From the NCBI GenBank assembly GCA_964512625.1, contig CAZEKG010000002.1, forward strand, positions 109,393 through 173,392: a stretch of 64,000 bases of DNA. The letters run 5' to 3'. This DNA is from an uncultured Gammaproteobacteria bacterium (lineage in GTDB: Bacteria > Patescibacteriota > Patescibacteriia > 2-01-FULL-39-33). The translations under genes were made by a program, and so were the position numbers. The notes under the pieces are model-generated. The model did no database searches. It was not told the DNA's origin and saw only the letters and a list, made by a program, of their open reading frames with translations. Position 1 is the stretch's first letter, and every line of letters starts with the position of its first letter. Below, piece by piece: positions 1-11,900 of this stretch.

Positions 1-2929
1 CGGGGTTAACGAAGCAGCGAAACTCGGCCTTGGCGGAGCCGATCTTAAGGTTATTATTGCTCGGATAGTCCAAATTTTCTTTGGCTTCCTTGGAATAATC
101 GCTGTTTTAATCGTTATGTATGGCGGTTTTATTTGGATGACGGCTGGAGGTGATGTAGCTAAGATCGAAAAGGCGAAAAAACTTTTAGTTAATGCAGTTA
201 TTGGACTTGTTATTATCTTTTCAGCTTTTGCTATTGTTTCTTTTGTTATTAATGCTTTATTAGGTAATGGAAGTGGCGGTAATGGAAGAGGCACTAATCC
301 GATCGTTCCTGGAAGTATTGATGATTGGGGTAGGTCAGCTATCGGCGCCGGCCCGATTGAAAGCGTCTATCCGGCTCCAGGTCAAAAAAATGTCCCCATT
401 AATACCTCAATCGTAGTCACTTTTAAGATGGAGATAAAACCGGAAACTATTTGTGGCGCTAGCGCTTGCAGCGGTAGTCCTATTTCCGCCAATATTGCCA
501 TGTGTCAGACTTCGGCGACTTCGAGCGATTGCGCAATTGACGGCGGTTTGACTGTCGAAGATCTGAAGAATTCAACTGTTACTAGTCAGGATAATAAGAC
601 TTTTGTTTTCAGTCCGAGTAAGTTTCTTGGACAAAGCGATAATCAAGTAAGACAAATAAAAGTTTTATTAAAGAAAGGTATCCTAGCTAAAAATAACAAT
701 GAATCTATTTTAAATAGGTATAAAGGAGACGGCTATAGCTGGATGTTCCAAACTAACGGTAAGATCGATCTTGATCCTCCGAAGATAATTAGCGCTGGTA
801 TATTACCTTATTATGATGATGAAATGGACGGCTATTCGGCTGGTGCCGGACCTTCAGCGACGAGATTCAATATAACTGTTGCCAGCAACCCAAGAACCAA
901 GGTTGATTCGGGATATACTCAACCGGTCAGCGAGAATGTTAATGCTCCTAGGGCTACTTTGTCTGGTGTTTACGGCGGGTTAGTTAATGGAACAACGACT
1001 ATTACGATCCAGTCTAATGGTAAACCGAAAACTGTTTGGCCAGCTGGTCTTAATCCGCAAAACTTCCAAGATGATACTTATCGCGACGGCAATAGAACAA
1101 TCAATCTCGGGCCTTTCGGCTTAACCTTAACTCTTTCCGGACAGCCGGATAACGGAACTAGCTGGGATTTTTATGTAACAGCAAAAAGAGAAGGCGATAG
1201 GATGGAAGTTTGGAAAAATGGCCGGGTTTTAAAAGCTTATCTTTTTGACAATGGCGCCAATTCAACAGTTGCTAAGGTTATTGATAATATTGTAGCGGAC
1301 TTCGGCAGCATCTTTAAGAAATGCGCTACCGGAACCTGTTTAGAAACTCTTTCAACTGGAGATCTTGGCAAGCAATATGACATTAAATTTTTCGTTAATA
1401 ATACTAATAACAGTGATGACGAAATCATTAAAATTGAGAAAATAGCCGGACATGGCCAGGTAGTTAATAGGAATATTAATGGCGTTAAGGATGTGGCTAG
1501 AAATCAGGTTATTCAAATCAATTTCAATAAGGCTATTAATCCAGAGGCGGTTACGAGTAGTATTTTTAAGGTTAAATATTCGAAAGCTGTTAAGGACGCC
1601 TTAGATACGGAAATTGCCAATACTCAAATAAAAATTTCCAATCAGTATAAGACTATTGAAATTCTACCTCCAGCTCTACCTCAATACGAGTGCGGCCAAA
1701 ATGCTTGTGGTGAAACGATGTATTGTTGGCCGGTCAATGCGCTGATTGATACTGATCAAGATGGTAATGTTGATGCTAGCAGTACTAGTGATTACGCTAA
1801 TAAAGGGACAAAATATGAGGTTAATATCTCGGCGGCTTCGCTAAGGACTTGTTCAAATGCTAACGAGGGTTGGTGTACTGGTTGGGGAGGTGCTTGCGCC
1901 GCTGGCGGAACCTGTTCAAAAACTCAGGACGGCAAGAATATTTTCTATCCGGCCTCTAGCGCCGCTTTCGACGGTATTATGGATTTGGCAGGCAATTCCT
2001 TTAATGGTAATTTCAGTACGACGACCTACAATAGCCAGATTATTGGTTCCTCAGAAGGTAAATCCGGAACTGGGGCCGGTTTCTCAGGCAAGGTTTCATA
2101 TAATTTAAATGTTAATCCGCCGACGGGAAATATTTTTAAGTCTAATGATGGCCAGGGGGATGATTTTAAATGGTCTTATTGGATGTCTGATGAAGTTGAC
2201 CGCCAGCCGCCGTTAATTTCGACAATTAGTCCGGTCGGCGACGCTCAGCTTAAAGTCGAAGAATTCAATAGTCAGGTAGTCGTTGGTTTTGACCGCCCAA
2301 TGCGTTCCGCAACTTTGAAACCAGGCTGGAATTATGGCGATACTGCTTTTAGTAAATCTCAAAAATACATTGTTTTAAGTACCTTAAGTAAAACTCAAAA
2401 TCCGGTCGGTTATTGGACGGCTAATTCAGGAAAAGACATCAACGGCGACGGAGTTTCCGATTATACCGAGGTTTTTGTCAGTCATAACCGTTTTGATGCC
2501 AATATTAAGTACGGACCGCTTTTCGGCTCCGGTATCCAATCATTAAGTCAGAATTGTTATCTTCCGGGCGCTGGACCTAATAATGCCGGAGAAGTCACTT
2601 GTTCTTATGATTCAGCTGGTTCAAGAGTTAATTGCGCTCCGGTCGCTAATGATAATCCGGCTTCTTACGCTTATATGTATTGCAATGAGATAATGATGGA
2701 TAATAGTGGAGATAGTTCGGTAGGAGTTTGCGATAAGTCGAACGAATGCAAAGTTTCTTATTATTTGGAAGCGGATAAAAATTCTACTAGTGCGACAAGT
2801 ACCAATAAGGCCGGTAGTTGGATAATTACTAAAGATTACAGTACTCCTGATGCCTCCGGGAAAACCGGCTGCTGTTTCGGCAAATGCGTTTCTTCTTCAA
2901 CTGGTAAAATCATAAAATTCAATCCTTAA
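1..2929 (+). CDS. Giant secreted/surface protein, 5'-partial. The ORF runs off the window start; the first codon in frame begins at nt 2. It opens with a VirB2/TrbC-pilin-like two-helix membrane hairpin, followed by ~850 aa of Gly/Asn/Cys/Thr-rich extracellular sequence.
   Basis: The ORF is open from position 2. Its N-terminal segment GLGGADLKVIIARIVQIFFGFLGIIAVLIVMYGGFIWMTAGGDVAKIEKAKKLLVNAVIGLVIIFSAFAIVSFV is ~75% identical to the same segment of the next protein: two hydrophobic helices flank a short charged loop. The remainder has Cys pairs (CGQNACGETMYCWP, CTGWGGACAAGGTC) and a DINGDGVSD Ca-binding-like motif. No cytoplasmic enzymatic motif is present. Confidence 0.6.
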   Translation, partial: GVNEAAKLGLGGADLKVIIARIVQIFFGFLGIIAVLIVMYGGFIWMTAGGDVAKIEKAKKLLVNAVIGLVIIFSAFAIVSFVINALLGNGSGGNGRGTNPIVPGSIDDWGRSAIGAGPIESVYPAPGQKNVPINTSIVVTFKMEIKPETICGASACSGSPISANIAMCQTSATSSDCAIDGGLTVEDLKNSTVTSQDNKTFVFSPSKFLGQSDNQVRQIKVLLKKGILAKNNNESILNRYKGDGYSWMFQTNGKIDLDPPKIISAGILPYYDDEMDGYSAGAGPSATRFNITVASNPRTKVDSGYTQPVSENVNAPRATLSGVYGGLVNGTTTITIQSNGKPKTVWPAGLNPQNFQDDTYRDGNRTINLGPFGLTLTLSGQPDNGTSWDFYVTAKREGDRMEVWKNGRVLKAYLFDNGANSTVAKVIDNIVADFGSIFKKCATGTCLETLSTGDLGKQYDIKFFVNNTNNSDDEIIKIEKIAGHGQVVNRNINGVKDVARNQVIQINFNKAINPEAVTSSIFKVKYSKAVKDALDTEIANTQIKISNQYKTIEILPPALPQYECGQNACGETMYCWPVNALIDTDQDGNVDASSTSDYANKGTKYEVNISAASLRTCSNANEGWCTGWGGACAAGGTCSKTQDGKNIFYPASSAAFDGIMDLAGNSFNGNFSTTTYNSQIIGSSEGKSGTGAGFSGKVSYNLNVNPPTGNIFKSNDGQGDDFKWSYWMSDEVDRQPPLISTISPVGDAQLKVEEFNSQVVVGFDRPMRSATLKPGWNYGDTAFSKSQKYIVLSTLSKTQNPVGYWTANSGKDINGDGVSDYTEVFVSHNRFDANIKYGPLFGSGIQSLSQNCYLPGAGPNNAGEVTCSYDSAGSRVNCAPVANDNPASYAYMYCNEIMMDNSGDSSVGVCDKSNECKVSYYLEADKNSTSATSTNKAGSWIITKDYSTPDASGKTGCCFGKCVSSSTGKIIKFNP

Positions 2930-2946
2930 GATCAATTTCCTAGCCA

Positions 2947-5900
2947 ATGAGGTTAAAAAAATCTTCTCAAAATAAATTACTGATCATCTTGACTGTTTTA
3001 GTTTTGTTTTTAAGTTTCGGTTCGGCAGTTTTTGCCCAAACCCAAGCTAATGTTGACCTGACTAATGCTCAAATGGGCTTAGGCGGGGCAGATCTGAAAT
3101 CAGTAATTAAGGGGATTGTTAACGTTTTCTTTTCCTTTTTAGGCGTTATTGCTGTTCTAATACTTCTTTATGGCGGTTTTGTCTGGATGACGGCTGCTGG
3201 CGATGAAAGTAAGGTGGAAAAAGCGAAGAAAACCATTATTGCCGCTGTTATCGGTTTAGTGATTATTTTTTCCGCTTTCGCTATTGTTTCTTTCGTCTTT
3301 AGGGCTCTTAATGTAGCGACTGGCATACCAGGAACAGAACCTTGCAGTAATATTGGCGAAGTGACCAGCTGTTCGACTAGCGACAATTGTTCAGGTACTC
3401 GATATTGCCAAGCTTCCGGTTATTGGGGAGCTTGCTTAAAAACCGATCCGACTTGTCCGGGTGATTCTTTTTACAGTAATCAATTCTCCTATATTTTAGG
3501 CTTCTCTCTCGCGGGTAGTGGCTGGAATAAGAACTTAGGTCGCAATTTTTCCGGTACGGTTGCTGTACCTCAAAGCGCTAATCTATTTATTTACGGCTAT
3601 GCCCATGATCGGGAGAATATTATCAGTGAGATGAGTTTATGGGGCAGTCTTTCTTCTAGCTCAGAGGCTAAATTAGCTCAATTCAACAATCTTAATTCTG
3701 TTAAACAGTTAATCGGTTCCAAGGAGTATAATGTAGTTAGTAAGGCGAGTACAACCTGGAATACTTCCGGTTATGCGGTTGGTGATATCATTACTTTAAA
3801 AATTAAAGTTTCAACCGGCGCCTTCGCCTCAAAGAATATTAAGGCAAAAGTGTATGCTAGCCATTGTTTTAATGGTATAAAAGATGCAGACGAAAAAAAT
3901 GTTGATTGCGGCGGTAGTTGTTCGGCTTGTGATGGCGATTCATGTTTCGTAGCGACTAACTCAACTTGTTCAGGAGATAATTGTTTAAGTGGTATTTGCG
4001 GCGATAATTGCAAATGCGCCAGCTTGCCGATTATTGATTATATTTCTCCGGCAAAGGATGTTAATGGCGATAGTAATCCTTATCGCAGCGAAACCCTTGA
4101 TGATGATCTACCAAACGGCGCCCCGGGCAATATTATAACTATTTGGGGTCGCAGTTTCGGTTCCGCAACGGGTACGGTTATTTTTAAGGACAAGCAATCT
4201 GGCCAGCAATTCACTTCTTCGATTGCTCCTTGTAAGAGTAATAATTGGAATAATAATCAGCTTACAGTTCTTATTCCTCAATCAATTACTAATACTTTAA
4301 ATGTCGTTGATGAGAGTGGAGTAACTAGTACGACTCTTAATTATGAAGTTTTTATCGAAACAGCTAACCATCTTTTAAGCGAAGCCGGCAAGGGCTTCCA
4401 GGTTAATAAGATTGAAAGACCGGGAATTTGCAATATGGATCCTGACTCCGGCGTTTATCCTACAACAACAACCATTAACGGCATTAAATTTCCGATTTCA
4501 GGAACTCAAAATGTGCTTTGGAAAATTAAAAATGGCAGCCTTTTTGAAACGATAACTAGTACCTTAGCTAAGTCATGGACGGCGGCCAGTGTTATTGATA
4601 CTGCCTTGGAAAATAAAAATGGCGTTTCTAGTGTTAGGATATATAATGGATCTCAATATAGTAATTATTTTAAATTTTTATTAAGTTCCGGTGGCTTAAA
4701 CGCGCCTTGCGGTTTAGATCCCCGGGCTTGCGATCAAGACGTAACAACTTGCAATACCGGTTTGGCTTGTGATAAGGCTTCATGTACTTGCCAAAAAAGC
4801 AATACCAGTTGTTCTGTTGGCGAGAAGCAAGTTTGTGATAATGGTGGTTGCGCCGGCGATCAGACTTGCCGTCCGGATGGCGTTTTCGGTAATTGCATTC
4901 AAAGAGATAGTAAATGCATTCCAAAAACAGATAAAGTTTCTATTGCTGGGCAGACTTTTTATTCCTGGGCTTTCTTAACGAACCCGGGTGGCAATGGCCA
5001 ATCATGCGGGTATGATTATTGGGATGTTTGCGATATAAAAGGTTGTGGTAGTGGCTTAGCTTGTGATACGACGGGAACGAGCAGTCCTTACAATATTAAT
5101 AAAACGCCCTGTACTTGTTGGACGAAGGTTTGCGAACCGGCGACAGTCAGCTCGACTTGTAAAGCAATCGGTAAATGCGAAGCGAGAAGTGTTTGTAATT
5201 CTCAGGGAACTGCTTGGGGTGAGTGCGTTAAAGTAGATTATACTTGCAATCCTTTCCCAGAGATTGAGCCGGCCAGGCAAGCTTTTTATAGCTGGTCTTT
5301 TATGGCGTTTAAAAATGATCCTTTTAATGCCCCGGAGGTTATAGAAGATTGTAATAGGACAATTACTTGCCGAGACGGTTCAAAATTGCCATCGCCGACG
5401 CCTTGGTATAATCCGGTAGTCGGAGCTACCGACGAGGGCTGGTCAACAACAACCCATCCTAATTTAGTCGGTAATGTCCTCAATCCGAAAGCTTGCGTTA
5501 ACGCTATTATTTCAGCTCGGTTTAGCTTACCCATGAAACTTTCTTCTTTTGCCGGCAATATAAAAATAATGCAAATGGATGAGGCAAGCAGCACTTGGAG
5601 CGAAATTCCGATAACTGTTTCCAATTACCAATTATTGTCTGGAGGAACTCAATTAAACTTAAATCATGCTAATTTTTCTCCAGCTACTCGCTACAAGGTC
5701 GTTTTAAGGCAGGGTATTGCCAGTGACGCCGGAGTTAAGATTAAAAAATACAATGATGTTATAGGAAGTGATAAGAGAGATTGTAATGTCGGCGGTATAA
5801 ATGATGCGGCTTATTGCTGGAATTTTGTAACTCGAGCTGCAACCGATCCCGACCTTCTTTGTAAAGAGGGTTGTCCGACCTGCAGTCCCGATCCGACTCA

Positions 5901-8900
5901 GATGTTTTATTATGGAGAAGAAAAAGCCAATAATGCGGACTTAGATAGCGCCGATAATGTTTGCTTAATGCTTAATCCGTTTAATTATGATTGGTTTTGG
6001 GATAAGAAAAGCTACAATAATTTAGAGCGGATCGATGTTACTAATAACGATCTATTGAAATATGTTGCCGAGTCAAGCACTTTCGCTTATGGAAATGATG
6101 GTAAAAATGATCCATATCAAACCAGTACGGCGCGTGGCGAAACGATTAGCGACCCGGCTAAATCAACGAAGATTTTAGCTACCTTAGTAAAAACTGGGAA
6201 AGCGGGAATTTGCTATGTGGAAAATGATTTTACCAACCCGATTGTTATGGAAGATCAGTCTTGTAATAAGGGAACGACTCAAAGCCCGAGTCCTTGGAAG
6301 GGTTCGACGGATGCTTGTATAAATGGCGTTATTTCCTTGAGGTTTAGTCGTAATATGGTTAATAGTACGCTAGTTTCCGGTTCTGAAAAGACAGGTACGC
6401 AGGTTATTGATAAACAAACGGTTAATTTTAAGTATTATGAATCTCACCCTAATATTGTAATTCAAAAGTGTAATTCAAATACTGTTACTTCAACCGATAT
6501 AAACGCTTGTACTGATGTGGGAGTTGATTGGAAAACTATTTTATTTAAGTATAGCCATCAAACCATTTCGATTGCCGATATGATGGCCTCTAGTAGTGAG
6601 AATGTAAATGAGTTGCCGGAAGGCTTATCAATTTTGCCTTCGAGCAATCTTGATAAGAACCAGTGGTATCGAGTTATTATTATCGGCGGCCAAAACGGCG
6701 TTAGAGGAGCAAAAATAATTAATAGCAACGAAACTAAAGACGGTGTTTTAAGAGGAACCAATAATTCGCCATTGACGGATATGAACGGCGACGGCGAAGA
6801 TGATTATTATTGGATTTTTAAGACAGCCTCGGATAAATGTCCTATAAATTCGGTAACTGTTTTGCCTTTTTCCAAATTCATGAAATTTGTCTCCGAAACT
6901 CAAACTTATAACGCTTGGCCTCAAGCGGCTAATTGTAATATCTTAAATCCTTTGACTTACAATTGGAACTGGAAAGCTTTGATTGATTTAAATGATGATA
7001 GGTCTGATAATACCGATCCGGGAACCGGCAATGATATCGTTAAAGTATGTTCAGTAAATAATACTACTTGTTCTTCTTATGATAATCCTACCAGCTTCCA
7101 AGTTAATGCGACCGGAGAATCAGAAGGCTTAGTCAATCTTAAGGCTAGAGCTTTAGATACGGCTAAAACAGGGGAAGATTGGACGAGGGATAAATGGGGT
7201 TATAGTGTTCTTCAGGTCGGTTACGGCGGCTTTTATATCAGGAAACATTCTCCGGATTCGACTAAATGCTTAAATCCGGAAATAACCGCTCTTTTCTCTC
7301 TTGATGCTAAGTCTGAGTCTATAAATTTAGGCAGTAATTTCAGCTTATATAAGTGTCAGGGCGGTAATTGCAATACTGAAAAAGAGTTGGCCGAGCTTTC
7401 ACCTTTAGGACTTGGTACGGCTAATGCTAATCCTTTCTTGTCTAATCTTTTAAGAACGGAGCCGAAAGTTTATTTAGAGGCTAGTAGCACTTACCGGGTT
7501 ATCGCTAAAAGCGGCGAGAGCGGCTTGAAAGCTTGGAATGGCAATAGTTTGACCGGCTTGAATTATCGAACTAGCGGAACAGGCAACGGAGAGCAATGCG
7601 ATAAAGATGCCTATCCTTGGAAAGAGTTTAGCGGTTTATGTACTGATAAATGCCTTATTAGTACTTCAACAGCTTTTGCTGATTTATGTTCCTATCAAAA
7701 AGGAAGATTCGCTGAATGTAAATATACAACCAGTACCGCCGCTTATTGCGATAATACCTGTCACGCTTTAGGAAATACTAATACCGGTTCTTGCGGCAAT
7801 GGCAAGCTTGAAGCTGAGGAAGAATGCGATGATGGTAACTTTAAAGACGGCGATGGCTGTTCTTCAAGATGTCTTTTAGGAGGTTCAAGTGATAAATGGG
7901 GTTCAGTTTGCGGTAATGGCAAGCGCGAATACGGCGAATTATGTGATGATGGCAATCGAAGGGGTGGCGATGGCTGTTCTTCGGCTTGCTTAACTGATTC
8001 TCGTAAGATGGGAACGGCGACTAGCTCCCCGGTTTGCGGTAATAGTAGGGTAGAATTCGGAGAGTTATGTGATGATGGTAATAAGATCAGCGGCGATGGC
8101 TGTTCTAATAAATGTTTATTAGAGGGCTCGTCTAATGGCGCTGTTTGCGGCAATAAGGTTATGGAAAACGGCCAAAACGACAGCTATGCTTGGGATTTTA
8201 AAGTTGAAAGCAATGCTCAAGAATGCTTAGGTCCTAATTTAGAAAATAATCCTTGCCCTAATGGTATTTGGCGAGTTAATTTCCCGGATAGTAATAACAT
8301 GGAAGGGACAAAATATAATCAATTCTCAATTAAAGTTTGGCAAAAATCAAGCGTTGATGCTGGTAGTTGTGAAGTGATTGCCCAGGGTTTTTGGAAAACG
8401 ATTTTTAGAAAAGTTAAAGTCGCAGTTTTAAGGCTTTTCGGCCAAACCGCCTCGGCTGCTGATTATTGGTGTCCTTTTATTGAGGAGCAGGCTTTTGGAG
8501 CTAGTGATTTAACTGAGATGAAAAAAGGCAATTATGTTCGTACTTTTGACAATCCGGGAGTCAGCAATGCCGGACAAATAATTGCTTATACAGATGAAGT
8601 CGGCAATTATATTATTAATTTTGCTAGGACTGATGCGGCTTCTTGGCCGGCTAATGATTATAAGATGACTCTCAGTTATACTAGAGACCTGATTAATCAG
8701 GAAATAAATACGGATATAAAATTCGCTATTTCAAGGAATGCTTGTCCGATAAACGATGTAATGGTTAATGTTTGGCCTAAAGGCGAAGAAAGAAAGGATG
8801 ATACTTTCTTCTGTGCCGGAAATGATTGCGGTTCTAAGACTGCCGATCCTTATGATGATGATATGTCAGCTAATTGGACATACAGCAAGAATGGTTACGA

Positions 8901-11900
8901 TCTTAAAGAAGGAGTGGGTTATTTAGGCGGTAACCAGCATCTTTATCGCGCCTGGGCCTTAACTAATAGATATGGTCGGCCAATGGTTGTTCAGGCTAAT
9001 TTTAATTGGGACATGGAACATATTCCTTTTAATACTAAGACGACTAGCTCTGATTTCTCTCTGACAACTTACAATGGTGATAAATGGATTACTTCTGGCG
9101 ATGTTGGCGGACGAGACCTTTTAAATGTTACTGCTTCCGACGTTAATACTTTGGCGAGTACGACAGTAATGATTAGAACTTTCCTTTGTAATAATCCTTG
9201 GCCGACGCCGGCGAAATTCCCTTATATTGATTCTCGAGTGAATTGCGCTAATCCCGCTAATTGTGTTAATACCAACTTTGAGCTTTTTTATTGTCGAGAT
9301 AGCGGCGATAAGGAAACGACGGATGATGATCTTCCGGCCTTAACTCCTGATAACCCGATTGTCGTTCCAGGGGCTTCTGGTTCTGAAATTGTTAAAGAGT
9401 TTATTTTCCCAAGAGCCGATAAGACGACTAGCTCGGATGCAGTTGGTTTAAGAGTTATGAATAATAGCGGTAATGCGCTTGCCGTTTCAAAGATCTATTT
9501 AAGTCCGGCTGAGTGGTATTTTAATCAGTTTGATAAGGCGCGTCAGGGTAAGCCTAAAGGCCTTGTTGTTGATGGCTATCAGGCAGTCGAAGAAGGTAGG
9601 ACGGCTTATGTTAGCGCCGCCGATCTTAATGAGAATTTAGGAAATGCTTTTAATAATATTTATCTTCTTTCTTATAATGATAAAGCTGATCAGGGGACGA
9701 GAAATATTTATTCTCAAATATTAAGCAACCTGACTTTCAATACCGGAGAAGCGGAAAACGGCGGATTACTTGATAGCGCAGGGTCTTGTACTAATAACCC
9801 TGCTTATAAATGCTTTACTGATAAGGATTGTAAGGGATTCGGTTTTTGCGATTCCCCGAAATCGAGGATTACGAGGGATACGAAGAGGTTAGCCGATATT
9901 AGCGATATAAACCTAGGATTGGAAAAATATAAAGCTGTTAAGAGATGCAGTAATGACCATAGTAAAACTTGTTTAAGTAGTTCGGTTTGCGCCGATAACG
10001 GAACTTGCGGTAATTATTATCCTACTTTGACTTCTGGAACTTATGTGGCTAATAATTCTTTAAGTTCTTGGCTTTCTTGGGAAAGTACTTTGGCGGCGGC
10101 TTTAGGTATGATTTTACCGGTTGATCCAAGGAATGAGTTATCTGGCTGTACCGGATCTTATTCTTCGACGACTTGCTGGAGCGAGATTAAGAAAGAAATG
10201 GCTTGCCCTTCCGATTCCTCATTTAATTATTTTTATCATGCGGATAAAAATCCGACTTCTACTATTATGGGTACGGCTAAGATTTTAGGAACTAAATGCG
10301 AATATTGCGTTAATAGTAATGGTGATGATATATGGTCTAATTCAGACTATACTAATTCAATCTTTGGGCCTACTAATTCGGTTATTAGATCTTTCTGTAT
10401 TGATAAGGTAAAAGAAACTTGCGGTAATGGAATTTCCGATATTGCTAATGGTGAAAATTGCCATAATTGCCCGTCTGACTTTAAGGCGGCTTGTAGCAAT
10501 GGGGCGGTTTGTCAAAACTTGGGCACGAATATTAGTCCAAACTGGCAATGTAAGGCTTATGATACAGATGGAGATAATTTTAGCGATGCTATTGATAATT
10601 GTAAGTACGTTAAAAATGGTTGGAATTGGCCGGGGTTATGTATTGCTAATGGCAATGCTTCGCAGTCTTATTTATGTGATCAATTTGATAGTGATCGCGA
10701 CGGAGTTGGCAATGCCTGTGATAACTGTTATCAGGCATTAGGTCCTAATGATAAGCCCGATCCATCTAATAAAGACTCTGATGGCGACGGAATCGGCGAT
10801 GCTTGCGATAACTGCCTTAATAAATGGAATCCGGGACAGGAAGATGATGACGGCGATAAAGTCGGCAATACTTGCGATAATAGTAAGGATGTTAAAAACG
10901 GCGCTTCAGGTAATAATATGACATGTCCTTTGTCTACTCCTCAATCTTATTGCAATCAAAAAGATACTGATGGCGACGGGGTTGGCGATGCCAGCGATAA
11001 TTGTCTTAATAAGAAAAACCCCGATCAAAAGGACTCTGATACTGACGGTTTAGGGGATGTTTGCGATAATTGTCCGACTAAGGCTAATCCTGACCAAAAA
11101 GATGGCGATTTAGACAGCTATGGCGACGCTTGCGATAACTGCCCGACGACTTTCAATCCTAATCAGGATTCGAGGGCTTGTTATAATCCTAATTGCGGCA
11201 ATGGGGCGCAGGATCGCGGAGAGGCTTGTGATTGCGGCACTGACCCGAACAACATTCCTTCCACATGTAATTATATAAATAATTTTAATGTTAATATCTT
11301 AGATATTGAATATAACAAATCCGTACGGGTTTGTATGAATAACTGCCAATTAGATCAAAAATTTGAAGGACCTAAATGTGGGGATGGTATAAAAAATGGT
11401 GCGGAGTCTTGTGATAATGGGTCTCAAAATGGCGTAGTTCCAGCTGCTGGTGGTTATGGTCAGCCAGCCGTAGAGTATTGTACTACTGAGTGTCAAATTG
11501 CTAGTGTAGCCTCTCCAAGGTGTGGCGATGGAACTATTCAGTCGGGGGAGGTTTGTGATACGCCTAATCAAGATGGTTGCGCTCCTGATTGTAAGTCGAA
11601 ATGCGGCAATGGAATTGTGGAAAAAGCCCAAGGAGAAATCTGTGACGATAGTAATGGGAATTCAGGCGATGGTTGCAGTTCTACTTGTAGGGTAGTAGAA
11701 ACTGGCTATAATTGCTTTTATCGTTTTGTTTCCGGAAGATTAGAGAGCGTTTGTCAATCAATTTGTCCGCCAGATAGAGGAGTAGGTAGGTGGACTAGCG
11801 AGGTTTTGAAATATGGCAACAATAATACTTCTAATAATTTTGGTACAATTGGCTCTGTTTATAATAGTTGGCTCCAAGTTCCAAAATGCAAATCTTTTAG

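Noticed and set aside
7761-8153. 130-aa Pro-rich minus-strand ORF with PLPQT repeats inside the giant gene
   Set aside because: It is the antisense reading of the tandem Cys-rich repeats of the giant protein; the repeat periodicity explains the ORF. It is not an independent gene.
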